Shown in pieces: positions 8,304 to 19,271 of a stretch of DNA of 64,000 nt. The notes below the pieces were generated by a model. That model did no database searches, had not been told where the DNA came from, and saw only the letters and a list, made by a program, of their open reading frames with translations. The first letter of the stretch is position 1, and every line of letters starts with the position of its first letter. The position numbers and the translations under genes are program-made. The stretch is from Nitrososphaerales archaeon (GTDB lineage: Archaea > Thermoproteota > Nitrososphaeria > Nitrososphaerales > UBA57): the NCBI GenBank assembly GCA_047517285.1, contig JAKZTE010000001.1:27498-91497 (forward strand). The letters are read 5' to 3'.

Positions 8304-10613
8304 CTTGTGCATAGCTCTTAAATCAGATTCAAATAACTCTAGATTTTTTGGTATTTCTATTGATATTCCATTCTTTAATGAAAGCCCTTGTTCTTTCTTC
8401 TTGTTCCATACAATCGAATTAAATTCGATTATATTTGCTGTAATTGCCGATAATTGATAATCATCTTTTGCTTCAGGAAAAATCTGTTTATGTATGCTCT
8501 CTTGTGAATATAATTCCCTCCAAATTTTATCTGTTATGAATGGAGTTATTGGCGCAAGAAGTAATAATAAATTCTTCATACATATATGTAAAGTTGACCA
8601 TGCCGCACGTGTAGATTTCTCATCAAATTCAATTCCATAAGCTCTTTGTTTAACTAATTCTATATAATGCGGCGCAAAAATATTCCAAATAAACTCTCTC
8701 ACTCTATTTGCAGGAATAAAGAAATTATAATCTTGGTAGCCCTCTAAAGATTCTTTTATTACTTTTGATAATTCATCTAAGATCCATTTGTCTGTTTCTA
8801 AAGGCTCTTCTTCAACAACAGGGAAATTTGAAATGAACCTGGCAGTGTTCCATAATTTGGATAAAAATTTTCCTACTCCTGTTATTTTTACTTCAGACAC
8901 ACGAAAGTCTGAACCAAGATTTACCTCTGATGCAGCCCATAACCTAAACATATCTGCGCCATTCTTTTCTAATATTGGAATTGGATCTATCGCATTGCCT
9001 TTACTTTTACTCATTTTTTCACCCCTTTCATCAACTCCATATCCCATGATCCATGCATGTGTAAAGGGAGGTTTTTTCGTTAATTGATTACATCTTAATA
9101 TCGTATAATGTAGCCATGTTCTGATTATATCTTTAGATTGCGGTCGTAGACTTGTTGGATAAGTCTTTTCAAAAAATTCTTGATCTCTATTATATTTTGT
9201 AATGAATAACGGAGATATGCTGGAGTCCATCCATGTATCAAATGTTCTTTCATCACCTACAAAATCATTTTCTCCACATTTCTTACAACTATCAAAAGGA
9301 GGTTTCTCTTTCCACGGTCTGACATATTTTCCAGGTTCAGGTAAATTTGCTTCATTACATGATTTACAATACCATACAGGAACTTCAGTTGCATTGTATC
9401 GTCTTCTTGATATCGGCCAATCAATTGAAATTGCTTCAATCCAATCAATCAATCTTCTTCTATGTTCCTCCGGATGAAACTTCAATGAACGTGCAATGTC
9501 TAATAATTCATTTTTATATTCTATTTGTTTTACATAGTATTCTTCCATTGGAATTATCTCCATAGGATTCTTACTTCTCTCACAACACGGAGTCCTATGT
9601 TTTATATTTTCAATTCGTTCTACCAAATCCATCTCTTGTAAATCCTGAATTATCTTTTCTCTAGCTTCCTTCACTTTTAGTCCCTGATATTTTCCTGCAT
9701 TATCTGTCATACGTCCAGCTGTATCAATACTAATTTTCTCTTGTAACTTTAATTCTCTAAATAATAATACATCTGTATAATCTCCATAGCTACAAATCAT
9801 TACCGCACCAGAACCAAATTCCATTTTCGCACTAGGATGTTGAACTATTTTTACATAATTCTCAAAGACAGGCACTTTCACTTCATTACCTACAAGTTTC
9901 TTAAATCTATCATCATCAGGATTAACTAATATGACTTGACAACTTGCTAAAAGTTCAGGTCTGGTAGTAGCAATTATAACATAATCTTCCTTTCCTTTAA
10001 TGTAAAATTTTAGATAAACTAATTTTGATGGTAATTCCTGGTAAAATATTTCTGCATCTGCAATAGTAGTACGGCATTTTGAGCAGTAGTTATTTGGCCT
10101 AGATGATTGATATATCTGATCTTTCTTCCATAATTCAATAAATGTAGATTGCGTGAGAGCTCTATATTCGTCTGAATCAGTTCTATAATATTCACTAAAT
10201 AATCCAGACAAACCCATGAGTTTCATTGTGGAAATCATCTCAGCCTCAAGGTCATCTAACGCAATTTTACAAAGACCTGTGAATTCTTCTCTTGGAGTAG
10301 ATATCATGCTCACTTTGAATTTCTTTTCAGTATAGATCTCTACCGGTAATCCGTTCCTATCAATCCCTATCGGAAACAACACATTAAAATTCATCATTCT
10401 AGCCGTTCTTGCAATCATATCTATCTGTGAATAATGTGCTGCCGCGCCAATATGCCAAGGTCTTCCCGAAGGATATGGCGGAGGTGTATCGATAGTAAAT
10501 ACCTCTCTCTTATCATGAATATCAAATTCATATAATGATTCTTTATTCCACATCTCTGCAATACTCTTTTCAATATCTACATTCCAACGGTTCTCTTTTA
10601 TTTTCGGTTCCAA
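8292..10613 (-). CDS. valS: valine--tRNA ligase
   Basis: Class I aaRS with TPPPYPSG...WHIGAA (HIGH region), the TTRPELL editing-domain motif and KMSKSKGN. The size and the TPPP motif fit archaeal ValRS. Confidence 0.8.
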   Translation of the reverse strand: MEPKIKENRWNVDIEKSIAEMWNKESLYEFDIHDKREVFTIDTPPPYPSGRPWHIGAAAHYSQIDMIARTARMMNFNVLFPIGIDRNGLPVEIYTEKKFKVSMISTPREEFTGLCKIALDDLEAEMISTMKLMGLSGLFSEYYRTDSDEYRALTQSTFIELWKKDQIYQSSRPNNYCSKCRTTIADAEIFYQELPSKLVYLKFYIKGKEDYVIIATTRPELLASCQVILVNPDDDRFKKLVGNEVKVPVFENYVKIVQHPSAKMEFGSGAVMICSYGDYTDVLLFRELKLQEKISIDTAGRMTDNAGKYQGLKVKEAREKIIQDLQEMDLVERIENIKHRTPCCERSKNPMEIIPMEEYYVKQIEYKNELLDIARSLKFHPEEHRRRLIDWIEAISIDWPISRRRYNATEVPVWYCKSCNEANLPEPGKYVRPWKEKPPFDSCKKCGENDFVGDERTFDTWMDSSISPLFITKYNRDQEFFEKTYPTSLRPQSKDIIRTWLHYTILRCNQLTKKPPFTHAWIMGYGVDERGEKMSKSKGNAIDPIPILEKNGADMFRLWAASEVNLGSDFRVSEVKITGVGKFLSKLWNTARFISNFPVVEEEPLETDKWILDELSKVIKESLEGYQDYNFFIPANRVREFIWNIFAPHYIELVKQRAYGIEFDEKSTRAAWSTLHICMKNLLLLLAPITPFITDKIWRELYSQESIHKQIFPEAKDDYQLSAITANIIEFNSIVWNKKKEQGLSLKNGISIEIPKNLELFESDLRAMHKLQR

Positions 10614-10630
10614 CTAAATCACTCTCCACC

Positions 10631-11881
10631 TTATTGCATCCTATACCTTAATATTGCTCCTAATCCGCTAAAACTCATTAACATTCTTCCTTCCTCTGAT
10701 CCACTTCCTAAAACCTCAATTCTCGTTCCAGTTTCAGAAGCTTTATCTTCTAAAATTTCGATTAAATCTGTTTCTGTTACAGTAAAATCTACAGATTGAC
10801 AAGATTCACACGACTCACTCAACAACTTCTGTTTCTCCTGAACGAATGACGTTCTATTTAGAATCTTATTCCTATCTACTGAACATCTATTACATTTTAG
10901 TAAAATATTTAACATATTCAAATCTTCTGAAGCAATTATTACTTCGACCGCTCCTTTGGTTGTTGCATCCATTACTTCTTTTATTCCATATGCAGCAAGA
11001 CTCTTTTCTTTATGTATTTCTGATAAAAATCTCTGAATCAACTTTTTCTCTTCAATCAATCTCATATCTTTTAGTACATCTGACGACTTCTCTATTGCTT
11101 CACGTACTCCTTCTGCACCAGAATACGCTCCATCTACTTCTGCTAAAATCTTTTCCTTTAATCGATAATCTAAATAATCACTTTTTAAAAATGAATCTTT
11201 TGTAGGACCTGGTCCACTTATTATTAGTCCTTTTATTTTGTTCTGTTCTAAAAAGAGTTTTTTTGCATGTTCAGCAACTCTTCTATAATATCCTGACAAA
11301 TTCATCTCTCTCAGTCTTTCATACCTTCTTGCCGATTGCCCACCTGCTCTTGTTTTTCCACCAACTCCCGATGTAAGAACTTCATCAACTACTGTTTTTG
11401 CACCTGTTAAAACCCCCAATCCTGCTTCTGTCGAATCTATTGAAATAACTCCAATCACATCAACTTCTTTAATCATATCCATCAGATATTCTAAATGAAA
11501 ATGATCATCACATCTGTAAAGATACGTTTGTACTGGCCTCGGAGGGATTATCTCATTAACAAATACTTGTTCACTGCCAGGACCATTTGTCATTAAAGAT
11601 CCAACAAATAATACTATTCCGTTTTCAGGAGTTTTCTTGAAAAGCTTTAGTCGTTGTTGAGTCTTTGTTAATGCATCCTGAACATGATTTCTAGTAGAAT
11701 CTGATTTTATGTTCGTTGCCGTTCCATATTCTTCTCGTAAATTATTCAACACTTCGTGCAGTGCTTTTTTTGGAGGAATATATAAGGAAATTAGCTCAGT
11801 TCCTTTTCCTGTCTTACTAGAGAGTTCTCTAAGCATCTTCCTTGTTTTATATAATGCTACTGAATCTATATTACTCGGCAA
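10631..11881 (-). CDS. prf1: peptide chain release factor aRF1
   Basis: NIKS motif (TATNIKS) and GGQ motif (AGGQSARRYERLR). The start at 11881 is TTG. Confidence 0.93.
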   Translation of the reverse strand: MPSNIDSVALYKTRKMLRELSSKTGKGTELISLYIPPKKALHEVLNNLREEYGTATNIKSDSTRNHVQDALTKTQQRLKLFKKTPENGIVLFVGSLMTNGPGSEQVFVNEIIPPRPVQTYLYRCDDHFHLEYLMDMIKEVDVIGVISIDSTEAGLGVLTGAKTVVDEVLTSGVGGKTRAGGQSARRYERLREMNLSGYYRRVAEHAKKLFLEQNKIKGLIISGPGPTKDSFLKSDYLDYRLKEKILAEVDGAYSGAEGVREAIEKSSDVLKDMRLIEEKKLIQRFLSEIHKEKSLAAYGIKEVMDATTKGAVEVIIASEDLNMLNILLKCNRCSVDRNKILNRTSFVQEKQKLLSESCESCQSVDFTVTETDLIEILEDKASETGTRIEVLGSGSEEGRMLMSFSGLGAILRYRMQ

Positions 11882-11984
11882 AAATTCACCCTTATAATTA
11901 TTCTACGAAGTGGTTTGATGTTATATTATATCTATTAATGTATGAAAATTAATAAGACAACTGTTCGTAGACATAAGTGGTTAA

Positions 11985-12659
11985 ATGAAAACCGTAGTAA
12001 TTAAATTAAGTGGAAGTTTATTCTCATTCGACAAAGATTATTCCCAAGTCAAGAAAATAACGAAAACCCTAGATGAGATTAGTCGTAATGGATATAAGGT
12101 CGTTGCAGTGGCAGGTGGTGGAAAAACTGCTCGGAATATGCAAAATGCAGCTAGAAACTTTCATGCAGACGAAGCCTTTCTTGATCAACTTGGAATTGAT
12201 GTTTCTCGTATCCATGCAAAAATACTCACAACTTGTACTACTAACTCCTGTCAAGACATACCAAAAACTTTAGATGAAGTAGTTCGATGTCTGTCATCTT
12301 CAAAAATTGTTTTTACTGGCGGTTTATCACCTGGTCAAAGTACAAATGCAACTGCTGCTTTAATTGCCGAAAGGACTAAAGCTAAACTGTTTGTCAATGC
12401 TACTGATGTTGATGGCGTCTTTACTTCCGACCCAAGAAAAAATAAAAATGCAAAGCTGATTAAATCAATTACTACAAAAAATTTACTAAGTAAAGTTGTT
12501 AATGATAAGATGAGTGCTGGAACTTACGATTTAATGGATTTACTTTCCCTAAAAATTATTGAACGATCTAAAATTCCTACTATTGTAATTAAATGCGATG
12601 GTGGACGAATCAAATCTGCAATCTCTGGTAAATCTAAAGGTACTAAAATCACATCTTAG
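11985..12659 (+). CDS. pyrH: uridylate (UMP) kinase
   Basis: Amino-acid-kinase fold with N-terminal VVIKLSGSLF, VVAVAGGG and TDVDGVFTSDP. The 224-aa length is typical of archaeal PyrH. Confidence 0.88.
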   Translation: MKTVVIKLSGSLFSFDKDYSQVKKITKTLDEISRNGYKVVAVAGGGKTARNMQNAARNFHADEAFLDQLGIDVSRIHAKILTTCTTNSCQDIPKTLDEVVRCLSSSKIVFTGGLSPGQSTNATAALIAERTKAKLFVNATDVDGVFTSDPRKNKNAKLIKSITTKNLLSKVVNDKMSAGTYDLMDLLSLKIIERSKIPTIVIKCDGGRIKSAISGKSKGTKITS

Positions 12660-12989
12660 CTAAATCAAATCTCTTTGAAAACATGTTTTTGTATTTTTGT
12701 GACAAGCATTGCCAAATTGTTCTACTAAATAAATTAGTGTATCTTCATCACAATCTATCTTTATTTCGAGTACTTTCTGTACATTTCCAGATTCTTCACC
12801 TTTTTTCCAAAGTTTGTTTCTAGACCTGCTCCAATAATGACCATATCCTGTTCTAACAGTCTCTTCTATCGCTAATCGATTTGCATAAGCCAACATTAGT
12901 ATATCTCTTGATTTACTATCTTGCACTATAACCGGAACCAATCCCTGACTCTTTTCAAAATCAATATCATCTATAGATAATTTTGTCAT
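12660..12989 (-). CDS. hisI: phosphoribosyl-AMP cyclohydrolase (monofunctional HisI, no HisE domain)
   Basis: GLVPVIVQD...[17 protein letters not shown]...DCDEDTL...CH is typical of HisI. The protein is only 109 aa. Confidence 0.9.
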   Translation of the reverse strand: MTKLSIDDIDFEKSQGLVPVIVQDSKSRDILMLAYANRLAIEETVRTGYGHYWSRSRNKLWKKGEESGNVQKVLEIKIDCDEDTLIYLVEQFGNACHKNTKTCFQRDLI

Positions 12990-13747
12990 ATTCTCACTAA
13001 AACCTCGTTCTCTTTTAAAAATCTCTTTAATGCAGATACATCAAATTGGTTATAGTGGAATACCGACGCTGCTAGAGCTGCATCTACGTTAGTTTTATCA
13101 AATACATCAACAAAATGTTCCATGCTTCCACATCCACCGCTTGCAATAACAGGTATATTCACTTTATCCACGATTTCTTTTGTTAATTCTATATCAAAAC
13201 CATCTTTAGTTCCATCTCTGTCAATTGATGTCAATAATATCTCGCCTGCTCCAAGTTTTTCTACTTCTTGTGACCATTGTATTGCATCGATTCCTGTTGA
13301 TTTTCTTGCACCATAACTAAATACTTCAAACATATTGTTCTCATTTCTTTTTGCATCGATAGCTACAACACAACATTGTCTTCCAAATCGTTCGGAAATT
13401 TCTGTAATTAATTCAGGTTTTTCAATCGCCATTGTATTTATTCCGACTTTGTCTGCTCCACTACAAAGAATATTTCTTGCATCTTCTATACTACTTATTC
13501 CTCCTCCTACCGTGAAAGGTATGTCTAATTTCGAAGCTACGTTACGAACCATTTCACTAACTGTCTTACGTTTTTCTGGCGAAGCTGTAATATCAAGAAA
13601 CACCAATTCATCTGCTCCATCATCTCTATATTTTGAACCTAGTTCTACAGGGTCTCCTGCATCCTTTAAATTAACAAAATGTTCACCTTTTACTACTCTT
13701 CCTTCTTTAACATCTAAGCACGGTATGATTCTTTTTGATAACGTCAT
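12986..13747 (-). CDS. hisF: imidazole glycerol phosphate synthase, cyclase subunit
   Basis: [27 protein letters not shown] and GADKVGINT are classic HisF motifs. Confidence 0.95.
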   Translation of the reverse strand: MTLSKRIIPCLDVKEGRVVKGEHFVNLKDAGDPVELGSKYRDDGADELVFLDITASPEKRKTVSEMVRNVASKLDIPFTVGGGISSIEDARNILCSGADKVGINTMAIEKPELITEISERFGRQCCVVAIDAKRNENNMFEVFSYGARKSTGIDAIQWSQEVEKLGAGEILLTSIDRDGTKDGFDIELTKEIVDKVNIPVIASGGCGSMEHFVDVFDKTNVDAALAASVFHYNQFDVSALKRFLKENEVLVRI

Positions 13748-13749
13748 TG

Positions 13750-14472
13750 TTAATCCTCCAATGTAATAGCCTGTTCTATTGTAATTATTTTACTATGCAA
13801 TGCTCTACCTAAAATTACGTATTCCACGCCTATTTCTTTCACTTTGTTTATGTCCTCTATAGAACTAATTCCGCCACTAGCTTGAATTTGTATACTGGTG
13901 TTATTTCTAATTTTTCTCAAAGTTTCCATATCAGGTCCCTCCAGCATTCCATCTTTTTTAATTGCAGTTAGTAAAATCGTTTCAATTCCATAATCCGCAA
14001 AGTCTGAAACTGCTTTATCTAATTCTATTCCAGAACTATCCCTCCAACCATTAATCATAATCTGATTGCCAACATAATCGAGTGATATTATAATTTTTGA
14101 TACACCGACTTCTCTACAAATCTCTTCAAATAATCTTCTGTTATTTACTGCAACAGTTCCAATTACAACCTTGCTTACATTCCCAGAAATTTTTTTAGCA
14201 TAATCCACGTCGCGTATTCCTCCTCCAACTTGTATCTCCATTTCCGTACTTTCTGAAACTGTTTTAATTAATTCGTAATTATTTCCTCGTTCTAATGTTG
14301 CATCTAAATCTACTATGTGCATCCGACTAATTCCAATTCCTTGCCATTTTTTAACAAGTTGTACTGGACTGTAATCATAAAACGTAGCTAAATCTGGGTT
14401 TCCTTGTTTTAATCTTACTACTTTTCCATCTAAGAGATCTATCGATGGTACTATTTTCATAAATCCCCACAA
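13750..14472 (-). CDS. hisA: ProFAR isomerase
   Basis: [18 protein letters not shown] and the (beta/alpha)8 HisA pattern; located in the his operon. Confidence 0.92.
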   Translation of the reverse strand: MWGFMKIVPSIDLLDGKVVRLKQGNPDLATFYDYSPVQLVKKWQGIGISRMHIVDLDATLERGNNYELIKTVSESTEMEIQVGGGIRDVDYAKKISGNVSKVVIGTVAVNNRRLFEEICREVGVSKIIISLDYVGNQIMINGWRDSSGIELDKAVSDFADYGIETILLTAIKKDGMLEGPDMETLRKIRNNTSIQIQASGGISSIEDINKVKEIGVEYVILGRALHSKIITIEQAITLED

Positions 14473-15065
14473 ACTGACACAAAATTCTCTAGTATTCTTG
14501 CTCCAGCCTTTCCTGATTTCTCTGGATGAAATTGAGTTCCAAATATATTGTTCTTATTTACCATTGATGTAAATTCTGTACCGTAGTCTGTCGTAGTGGA
14601 TATAATTTCAGAATCAGTTGGTTTTGGATACAAAGAATGAACAAAATATGCCCAAGATTGATCTTCAACACCGTCTAAAATACGATCTTTATTGTTCTGT
14701 TTTAGAGTATTCCATCCTATATGAGGCACTTTTACATTATTCGAAAAAAATATTATTTCACCTTCGAAAAATCCTAATCCATCTCCTGGACCTTCCGCGC
14801 TTTTTTCAAAGAACAATTGCATTCCCAAACATACACCTAAAATTGGCTTATTATTTTCATAATAATCATTTAAAATTCTCTGATTTACTTGTATCCTCTT
14901 CACTGCGTGTTTCCAACCTCCTACACCTGGAAGAATAATTCCGTCATATTCTAAATTTACATCTAATTCTGATGTTACAATAGTTGTAACTCCTAGCTTT
15001 TCTAGTGCAGTTTGAATACTAAATAAATTACCTACACCATAATCTAATATGGCAATCTTTATCAT
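14457..15065 (-). CDS. hisH: imidazole glycerol phosphate synthase, glutaminase subunit
   Basis: IAILDYGVGNLFS, GVCLGMQ (catalytic Cys) and QFHPEKS are class I amidotransferase motifs. Confidence 0.95.
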   Translation of the reverse strand: MIKIAILDYGVGNLFSIQTALEKLGVTTIVTSELDVNLEYDGIILPGVGGWKHAVKRIQVNQRILNDYYENNKPILGVCLGMQLFFEKSAEGPGDGLGFFEGEIIFFSNNVKVPHIGWNTLKQNNKDRILDGVEDQSWAYFVHSLYPKPTDSEIISTTTDYGTEFTSMVNKNNIFGTQFHPEKSGKAGARILENFVSVCGDL

Positions 15066-15649
15066 TACATCATTCCCTTCGATGAGGGAGTTCCATCTCT
15101 TCTACTGTCTGGCGACATTGCTTCTCTCATTGATAATGCCATTGCTTTTATTGCAGCTTCCACTTTGTGGTGATCATTGTTTCCATATTCTACAATGACA
15201 TGAATGTTTGCTTGTAGACTAGTTGAAAACGACTGAATAAAATGATAAATATCTTCTGCAGGCATATCTTCAATTCCTTCTTTATCTATCTTCAAATCTG
15301 CAACTTGAAATGGACGTTTAACTAAATCTACCGCTGAATATGCTAATGCATCATCCATTGGGACAATCGCAAAACCAAATCTCTTTATAGATTTTCGTTC
15401 TCCAAGTGCTTTGTTAATTGCTTCACCTATTGTTAGTGCAACGTCTTCAGCTGTATGATGAATTAAATCTCCTGTCGCATCAATTTGAATATCAATCAAG
15501 CTATGTGTAGCAAATGAAGTAACCAAGTGGTCTAAGAATTTTACCGAAGTATTAATCTTTACATTTCCGGTTCCTTCTAATTGTACTCTTACTGTAATGT
15601 CCGTTTCCTTCGTTTTTCTTGTTACTTCAGCTTCTCTCAATTCACTCAC
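15065..15649 (-). CDS. hisB: imidazoleglycerol-phosphate dehydratase
   Basis: RKTKETDI, DxHH motifs (LIHHTAEDV, NNDHHKVEA) and SSKG. It is a monofunctional IGPD with no fused phosphatase. Confidence 0.93.
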   Translation of the reverse strand: MSELREAEVTRKTKETDITVRVQLEGTGNVKINTSVKFLDHLVTSFATHSLIDIQIDATGDLIHHTAEDVALTIGEAINKALGERKSIKRFGFAIVPMDDALAYSAVDLVKRPFQVADLKIDKEGIEDMPAEDIYHFIQSFSTSLQANIHVIVEYGNNDHHKVEAAIKAMALSMREAMSPDSRRDGTPSSKGMM

Positions 15650-16799
15650 TAAATAATTCAGGTATATCGTTAATATTACTTATTATTATGTCCGCTTTCT
15701 TGTCCTTAAACAGCTTAATTTTATTTCGTTCTGACCTTGAGGAGCCATATATTCCTGCAAATATATACTGTTGATTATTGGCTCTATTTGCCGCTTTTGT
15801 CATTAATAGATCCTCCATAGAATCACCAACATACAGTATATTTCCTTTTGAAGCTAAATTTGTTATAGATTTTTTTAATGCTATGGGGCTGGGTTTATCA
15901 ATTCTGGCGCCATATTCTGGAATACGTGCCAAATCTTCGATAAATACGTTGCCTTTTACATTAAAATATCTAAACAAGTTTCCTAGTGTGAATTTTGTCC
16001 CAATCTTACCCCTTCCCGATACAATTGCAATATTCTTCTGAAATCTCTTTTTTAATGCAGTTAATGTCGATTCCTTAACAATCAACTTTTCACTTTCGAT
16101 GGTTCCTTTACGATTGAAAGTAATAGTATTTGTTTTTCTGGCCTTTTTTATTAGATTCTTTCCGTAGAAATATTCATCAAATACATTGGTTACGATGTTA
16201 TTCCTTCTATCATTTGTAAAATTCAAAAACCTTTTAGCAGAATATAATAATTCTTTTTGTTCCTTATCTAATCCTTTACTAATCAATAATTCGATAGATT
16301 CTATATCAAATTTCTTTATCTCTTTTGCAAGTTCGTTCAATTCTCTTGTAAAATTAATCCTTGTATTCTTGGCATTTAATCCGATTTTATTCAATTCTAT
16401 TAATTCTAATTTTCTAAATGAATTCGAAATATTTCTCATATTAATATTGTTTAATTCTTGTTCATATGCCTCTGATAAACTCTTTGGCAACATCGATATA
16501 ATCTTTAATATTATTACATAACAAAACTTGTAATCATTATTGAATCCCCCAGTTTGTCTAAAAAGTTCTAGTGTTGTTTTTGATATTTTATACCTGCTAA
16601 ATTTCATATTTACTATATTCTTCAAGATATATGAAATTGTAAGATCTATGCATACATCATAGGATTTTTTTGAATCAATTAACACTCCATCACAATCAAA
16701 AATTATTGTATTAATATTTTTAACATTCCTATCTGAAATCCTTTGATAGGCTACTCTGTTGTTAATTATTTTTTTTTGATATACTTTTGACATTTTCAT
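15642..16799 (-). CDS. HAD-superfamily hydrolase with large cap insertion (candidate histidinol-phosphatase)
   Basis: HAD motif I is IIFDCDGVLIDS, motif II IAIVSGRG, the motif III Lys lies in DKPSP, and motif IV is YVGDSMEDL. The gene overlaps hisD (upstream) and hisB (downstream) inside the his operon. Confidence 0.6.
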   Translation of the reverse strand: MKMSKVYQKKIINNRVAYQRISDRNVKNINTIIFDCDGVLIDSKKSYDVCIDLTISYILKNIVNMKFSRYKISKTTLELFRQTGGFNNDYKFCYVIILKIISMLPKSLSEAYEQELNNINMRNISNSFRKLELIELNKIGLNAKNTRINFTRELNELAKEIKKFDIESIELLISKGLDKEQKELLYSAKRFLNFTNDRRNNIVTNVFDEYFYGKNLIKKARKTNTITFNRKGTIESEKLIVKESTLTALKKRFQKNIAIVSGRGKIGTKFTLGNLFRYFNVKGNVFIEDLARIPEYGARIDKPSPIALKKSITNLASKGNILYVGDSMEDLLMTKAANRANNQQYIFAGIYGSSRSERNKIKLFKDKKADIIISNINDIPELFSE

Positions 16800-18123
16800 T
16801 TACAAATCTTGCTTTTGCTGATTCTCCGTGATTGATTAAACCCTCTTGGTTTGATAATTTTTCAATCTTCTCTAAATTATTCTTTAATTTCTCTTTAGTT
16901 GTTTTTGCAATAAAAAACCTTCTCGTAAAATCAATACTAGATAATGCAGAATAAAATTTTCCTGAACCGCCTGTTGGTAAGACGTGATTTGTACCCAATC
17001 CATAGTCACTAAATGCAGCCGGCGTATAGTTTCCTATCAATACCACTCCACTTGACGTCATCTCTTTTGCTACGGAATCTTGATTCTCAGTCATAATCTC
17101 TAAATGCTCTGACGCAAAATCATTTGCAAAATCAATACATTCTTGCATGCTTTTACAATATACTATGAATCCATTCTTCAATAATGATTTGCTGACTATG
17201 TCTCTACGCTCGATTTGCGGCAATCTTTCTTGTATTAATCTGATTAAATCTTTAGCAAGTCTTTTCGACGTTGTAACTACCCCACATAAGCTATCAGTAC
17301 CGTGTTCAGCCTGTGCAAATAGATCACTTATGATTAATTCTTTATCAGCACTATTGTCTGCAATTATCAGTAATTCTGAAGGACCTGCAGGTAAATCTAT
17401 TCCTACATCTTCAGATATTATTTTCTTAGCTTGATATACGAAAATATTTCCTGGTCCTGCAATTTTCTCGACTGGTTTTATCGCATTTGTTCCATAACCC
17501 ATTGCCGCTATCGCTTGAGCTCCCCCTACTTTGTATATCTCATCGACTTGGCAAATATCTGCTGCCACAAGCACTGACGGATTAATTTTCTTATCTAAAG
17601 ATGGAGGCGAACAAACAATTATTCTTTTTACACCTGCTATCTTTGCTGGAACTGATGACATAACCAAAGATGATGGATACACTGCTTTTCCTCCTGGAAC
17701 ATAACATCCAACACTTTCTAACGGAACCATGTTGTATTTTATGTAGCTGCGCTTATCCCTTATTTCAACATCATTAACAAAATTAGAGAACGATTTCATT
17801 ATCTTCTTTTCAGTTTTCTCTACAGATTTTTTTAGAATCTTTAATTCTTTTACTATTTCTGAATCAATGATTGAGTATGCTTCTTTAATCTCTTTATTAT
17901 TAACTCTTAATTGATTGGGAAGTAGTTTTACTCTGTCAAACTTTGACGTATACTTCAATAAGGCTTTGTCGTTGTTCTTTTTTACGTCATTCATTATCTT
18001 TTTTACGTAATCTGTGTCAGTAGATTTTACCGCTCGACGACGAATTTTTTTTGAAGTTTGTTCTACTGTTGATAATCTGTTGATCTCAAAATACTGAATC
18101 AAACTATTTACCTTCATCTTCAT
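16762..18123 (-). CDS. hisD: histidinol dehydrogenase
   Basis: PAGPSELLIIAD, AQAEHG and the GxNHVLPT-like LGTNHVLPTGG motif. The gene overlaps hisG by about 20 nt. Confidence 0.93.
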   Translation of the reverse strand: MKMKVNSLIQYFEINRLSTVEQTSKKIRRRAVKSTDTDYVKKIMNDVKKNNDKALLKYTSKFDRVKLLPNQLRVNNKEIKEAYSIIDSEIVKELKILKKSVEKTEKKIMKSFSNFVNDVEIRDKRSYIKYNMVPLESVGCYVPGGKAVYPSSLVMSSVPAKIAGVKRIIVCSPPSLDKKINPSVLVAADICQVDEIYKVGGAQAIAAMGYGTNAIKPVEKIAGPGNIFVYQAKKIISEDVGIDLPAGPSELLIIADNSADKELIISDLFAQAEHGTDSLCGVVTTSKRLAKDLIRLIQERLPQIERRDIVSKSLLKNGFIVYCKSMQECIDFANDFASEHLEIMTENQDSVAKEMTSSGVVLIGNYTPAAFSDYGLGTNHVLPTGGSGKFYSALSSIDFTRRFFIAKTTKEKLKNNLEKIEKLSNQEGLINHGESAKARFVNENVKSISKKNN

Positions 18124-19081
18124 GAATTTTCTCTAATGGCAGTACCTGGACAGGTCTATGTACAATCAAACCTTGTGCGTATTTTCTAAGATATGGTAAT
18201 ATCTGAAGAAATTCATCTTTAGGTATTACAGTATTAATCGAATACCATTCATCTTTTGATAATTCACTAATGGTGGGGGATTCTAATGCCGGAATAATCT
18301 TTAAGACACGCTCTAAGTTGTTCTTTTTTACATTCATAAATATATGTACTTTGGATTTTGCTTCTACTACTCCCTTACATAAACTAATAACATCATAAAT
18401 TTTCTGTCTTTTTTTGGGATCTTTTAATGCCGTTTTATTTGCAATTAAATAAGCGGAAGATTCCATTATCGTATCCACAACTTTAAGATTATTTTGCGCT
18501 AAAGTTGAACCGGTTTCAATCACATCAAATATTACGTCCGCCTCTTCTGGAGGTTTTGCTTCTGTTGCTCCAAAAGAAAACACGACTTTAACATCTTTGT
18601 TTGTTCCAGTACTAAACCATGGTGTGACAATCGACGGTGATTTGTTTCCATATTTCTTTTTGTATATCTCATTATTGAGCAAATATTCTCTTGCCAAATT
18701 CAGATACTCGGTTGAAATTCGTAATTGTTTTTTATCTTTTATATGATTCTTTAATAAATCTGAGAAATTTTTGCTCTTATTTGCATCTGGTAACGCAACT
18801 ACTATTCTCACCTTGCCATATTCTAAATTGAGTAATTTTACTACGTTTGCTTTGTTTTCTCTTATCCAATCTTCTCCTGATACTCCTATATCTTGAGTTC
18901 CTTCCTGTACGTTCTTTGGTATCTCTTGAGGTCTTAATATCTTCACGCTAATACTACTATCATTTATTATTGGCCTGTATGTTCTTGACTGGCCTTTTAT
19001 TGTATATCCTGCAGTTTCAAAGAACTGATATGTTGCTTTTTCCAAAGATCCCTTTGGCAGAGCTAATTTAATTACTGACAT
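18104..19081 (-). CDS. hisG: ATP phosphoribosyltransferase
   Basis: N-terminal IKLALPKGSLEKAT and ETGSTLAQNNLKV motifs. It is the first gene of the his operon. Confidence 0.9.
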   Translation of the reverse strand: MSVIKLALPKGSLEKATYQFFETAGYTIKGQSRTYRPIINDSSISVKILRPQEIPKNVQEGTQDIGVSGEDWIRENKANVVKLLNLEYGKVRIVVALPDANKSKNFSDLLKNHIKDKKQLRISTEYLNLAREYLLNNEIYKKKYGNKSPSIVTPWFSTGTNKDVKVVFSFGATEAKPPEEADVIFDVIETGSTLAQNNLKVVDTIMESSAYLIANKTALKDPKKRQKIYDVISLCKGVVEAKSKVHIFMNVKKNNLERVLKIIPALESPTISELSKDEWYSINTVIPKDEFLQILPYLRKYAQGLIVHRPVQVLPLEKIHEDEGK

Positions 19082-19271
19082 AAAATTTCAATCCTCTTTT
19101 TCATAAAAACTAACGATAACTTGCCTATTAAAGATAGTAAAATATTATAGTCAAGACTGGAAAATGTACAAAAACGATTATTCGAGGTGAATACAATCAC
19201 TCATTTTCTTCAAATAAATTCATCTTAATACTTTATTTAAGCATTTGTTGTAATAATTAAATAATAATCGG

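Noticed and set aside
13335-13766. A 143-aa plus-strand ORF, with similar ones at 13122..13316, 14618..14938, 15778..16041, 16186..16521 and 17147..17434.
   Set aside because: All are antisense to the his operon genes, which have unmistakable motifs. No independent support exists for any of them.
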